From Botryllus schlosseri (taxonomy: Eukaryota), in contig CM119383.1 of the NCBI GenBank assembly GCA_051294905.1, forward strand, positions 6,572,001 through 6,636,000: a stretch of DNA of 64,000 nt, read 5' to 3'. How positions within the stretch are numbered: the stretch's first letter is position 1; each line of letters starts with the position of its first letter. The notes under the pieces are model-generated. The model was not told the origin of the DNA. It ran no database searches and saw only the letters and a list, made by a program, of their open reading frames with translations. A program made the translations under genes and the position numbers. Positions 60,665 through 64,000 of the stretch are shown here, in pieces.

Positions 60665-62726
60665 TTTGGATGTTGGTGGGTTTCGGTTTGAGTAACTTTG
60701 CATAACGGCGGCTGAGAAACGTTGGGTGGACGTGACGCAAATATCTGAAAATGAATGACACTTTGACACATGCAAGAACAGTTTAAATAACAAACTATTC
60801 ATTAATTTATGGATAGTATCATTTGAAAACATCAAAAGATTTGAAACTATATGAATGGATACTGGAATGTTAACCATAGACTATGATAATTATAATTATA
60901 ACTAAAATAATATAACTATATAATTGATTTGATGAAAATAATTAATCAAACACCCACTACAGCCTACAAAATCAGTAGATGAAAGGCTGCATTAAGAATT
61001 AATAACAAATATCTCAACTGACAACATCAATAATTACCAATAAAGAATACTGCATTAAACATAGGCAATAAATTGAATCAAAATCAGTGTGCAATTTCCT
61101 TGACATGGTAGGCCTGTACAGTTAGCTTGTTGAGATTATAATATATAGTACACTGTGCAGTTGTACACACACACAATAAACTAATCTTAAACATTGTCTA
61201 TTAAAGAACAGCACCTGATATTAACTTCAGATCAACTACAGGAGAATATAGCAACACCAACACATGTACTTACCGGAAAACTTACAAGTTAGTGCTATCA
61301 AGTTTTGTACTAAAGACCATATTCGCATGCTTTGCAAATTTCCAAACACATTACACTGCTCTGTCTAAAAAAGTAAACACATAATTAGGTCGGAAGTAGA
61401 CGCTAGACTTTGTCGCAGAATGAAAACATTGGCAAAACGATAACTTGACAACCATTTCCAGAGAACTGACTATGCTACGTACGGTAATGTTCTTAGCTGA
61501 AGTGGAGTGTAGACGTACGTGAGTACTTAATCATACCTTTTGTTAAATGCCCGTCACATGGCATGCAATGTCGGTTGCACTTTAAAACCCCTTCTTCAAT
61601 GGAAGTTCTTCAAAGTATCCGCTTAACAGTCGTTGCTGCAGGCCCAGGCTGGATGTGGGCAAGCCCGGAATGTACAGTGTTTCACATGATGCGAGTACTC
61701 AAAAGTAAACAATTGCAATTCGAAGGAATTAGCTTATCTCAGGCTAGAAAACGATGCTTATTTCAATTAATACTGAAGCAAATATATATTGGAAAGAATA
61801 TGTCACGATACTTTCAATATTATTTGCATATTTTGACTGCAAAATATACGACGGGAACACTAACGGCCTGACCACAAGGATCAGTTGCCTCAGTAAATAC
61901 AATCAAATTTCCCACTGTTTTGTTATCTACTGGAGGGCGCTATTTCTACATTTGTTCAGTGTTGACATTTACCACACTCTCCTTTGATGAGGCTCGCCGA
62001 TTACTAACCGATTCCTTTCACCACATCTCTAATATTGGCATTTAATTGTGATTTATCAGATTCATTCGTTCGTTGAACCTAATTCGACTCCAAACAGAGT
62101 TGGATTGGGCCATTCCAAATGTCTGAGTAATATATCGACGGGGATGAGAATTTGTAATTGATTGACGTGATTTGAACATGATGCCGAACAGGCCTATTCC
62201 TCGCAAGTGGCGAGTCTCCCAAACCAATCCATACACAGTGCACAGTGCACACGCTGCATAGTTGCTCATTGCACCGTGCACACAAAAGACACTATCTTGT
62301 CACTCGTCGAGCAGATGTACTTTTGTGAAAGAGAATCTTATTCAATGCGTGTCAAAAAATATCATCAACATTTTATTAAAATTTTCATCTAATCAAAACA
62401 CCACAAGATAGCGATATATAATGAAAAATAGGAGGGTGACGAAACGACTTGCAGCTGTCTTTTATAATCATACACCCACCTTGGCCTATGAGCATGTTAA
62501 TATGAGGCATCCAAAGCACACTGGATTTAAGAAAGGGAAGCATAAAAGAAAGCGACGATCGAGATGAATGCGGCGTGCGTCGGTAGGTGAGGTCGATATG
62601 TCAGGTTGTGGTCCGGTAATCTTGAAGTCTGGCTGGTATTTATAGCATTTATATCCTATACATAGGCTAAGCATGAGGCTGTATTGCATAACCAGTATTA
62701 AAATATGTGTAGGGCAAACTATTTGC

Positions 62727-63102
62727 GGGGGAGATAGCGTAGTATAGTGGTAACGATAAGCGCCTACGAATCTGGCGGACTCGAATTCGATTCCTGTCGG
62801 AGGTTCATCTGGGCTCCTCTTCCCCCGCCGTCGTCGTTCTTACGGCGATAAAAAAAATCCCAGAAAAAGATCCGACGAAAGAAAGTACTTACATAGATAG
62901 CAAAGAACTAGAAAGGGCGGTGACTTCAAAAAAATATCAACATCGAAAAGAACTGTTACATTGGGCACTGTAGGCCGATGTGGATGTCTAAAAAGGATCG
63001 CAACTGCGTGTCGTTCGATATCCTCCTATCTGTTCATTACATCGCATTGTGTCTTATCGCACTGTACATTGTGTGTGACTTGTTCAGATGAAAATTACAA
63101 CG
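62727..63102 (+). mobile_element. tRNA-derived SINE (not a functional tRNA)
   Basis: A-box-like TAGTATAGTGG and B-box-like GAATTCGATTCC, but no clean cloverleaf. Its tail resembles the repeated ...TTCATTGTAT...GTGGTGTATTGA..TGAT.AAATT segments at ~1246-1383 (+), ~14056-14222 (+) and ~51185-51260 (-). Confidence 0.5.
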
Positions 63103-63116
63103 ATTATTATTATTAT

Positions 63117-63980
63117 CTTCTTTATTCACAGTAAAACTGGTAGATACACACATAATCCGGGGAGCAACCTGCCCCCAAAGGAAAATGGCGAGATTGGAGT
63201 AAATTTTTAAAATTTCAGTAATACATTCAAATTGTTATTCCTATGCAATAGCCTACACGGAGAAGTCAGATTACAGAATTGCAGCAGATGAAGAATTGGC
63301 AAGGGTTACAGAGCAGAGGTAGAGATGATTGAAGATGAAGAATCGAAATTACAGAAATTATGCTGTGATTCACAAGTGTAATTTTAGTCCAGTGGTGCAT
63401 TCAAGGCCTTCCGAAGAATGTGCACAGTGCCCAATAATGTGATCTTTTGGATCATGTCGAATCGAACGTTACCCGGAATTTGTTGGATATGTCTCATGAG
63501 GTTTTTTCTCGCGACCCCTGTAGCGCCAATGACTATCGGTACAATGTTTATTTTGCATCGCCACATTTTCTCACATTCCATTTTGAGGTCTGCGTATTTG
63601 GAGTGTTTTTCTGATTCTTTTTGCACTAGGTTGTGATCAGCTGAGACAGCCAGTTCAATGAATAAGCATTCTCTTTTCTTTTTTAGTTTGATTATCATAT
63701 CCGGCGGTTGCTTCTGATTTCGCGGTCAGTTATAACTGGTACATCCCACAGAATTTTTAGTTGTTCGTTTTCTGTCCCTGATGCTGGGCTGTAATCGTAC
63801 CAATTTTTTGTCGAAGTGGTGATGTTAAAATGTTTGCATAATTCAAGATGGATGTAGTGACCGATCCTATTGTGCCTCCATGTGTATTCGGTAGCTGCAA
63901 GTGCACCACAGCCGGACATGAGATGTGCTACAGTTTCATTTTGGTTGTGGCACATTCTGCATTTTCCGTCCGTGTTTTAC
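63117..63980 (-). mobile_element. 5'-truncated R4/Dong-clade non-LTR retrotransposon (CCHC knuckle + restriction-like endonuclease)
   Basis: CRMCHNQNETVAHLMSGC, RHN, ILWD..VITD, NR(PD)MII..FIELAV, EKHSKYADL, VPIVIGATG, LLGTVHILRKAL*. A 1-nt deletion at NR/PD splits the ORF; 3'UTR AATAAA then (TAA)n; (TAA)n also lies at the 5' junction. Confidence 0.85.
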
Positions 63981-64000
63981 TTATTATTATTATTATTATT
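63981..64000. repeat. (TTA)n microsatellite running off the window end
   Basis: ttattattattattattatt; a shorter (ATT)n is at 63103-63116. Confidence 0.95.

Noticed and set aside
15300-60760. AG acceptors shortly before the ATGs of SPATA18, NAA15, WDR17 and PLK4 as spliced-leader trans-splice sites or an operon
   Set aside because: Plausible upstream cis donors exist (e.g. 14784, ~37816) and co-oriented genes are several kb apart; only 5'-end data could decide.
61928-61943. CTCF-like motif CTACTGGAGGGCGCTA and nearby CCAAT boxes upstream of PLK4
   Set aside because: Short motifs with mismatches at core positions; expected by chance without chromatin data.
62727-62805. Functional tRNA gene
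   Set aside because: Acceptor and anticodon stems do not pair cleanly and the sequence continues into a repeated SINE-like body.

Overview
Eukaryotic nuclear DNA from an AT-rich, compact-intron animal genome. The proteins are vertebrate-like, so an invertebrate chordate such as an ascidian is plausible but not provable from this window. Five host genes were reconstructed by hand from splice signals and frame continuity: a secreted coiled-coil + fibrinogen-domain protein (-, 8 exons, 2693-12583), SPATA18/Mieap (+, 12 coding exons, 15378-24029), NAA15 (-, 19 coding exons, 26607-37310), an intronless WDR17 (-, 41004-44849) and PLK4 (-, 14 coding exons, 52231-60664). A young, near full-length BEL/Pao LTR retrotransposon (3474-10678; 457-bp LTRs differing at one base; ATGAC target duplication) sits antisense in the last intron of the fibrinogen-domain gene and carries a frameshifting deletion between RNase H and integrase. 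Introns and spacers hold several non-autonomous 8-bp-TSD DNA transposon families, tRNA-derived SINE pieces, an L2/CR1 3' fragment and a 5'-truncated R4/Dong-type element embedded in a (TAA)n repeat. The most unusual signal is a dispersed intronic repeat carrying a minimal type I hammerhead ribozyme motif. One copy (31650-31683) has an intact core and lies antisense to its host gene, while the copies in host-sense orientation are broken. Gene identities come from remembered protein motifs; no database search was run.
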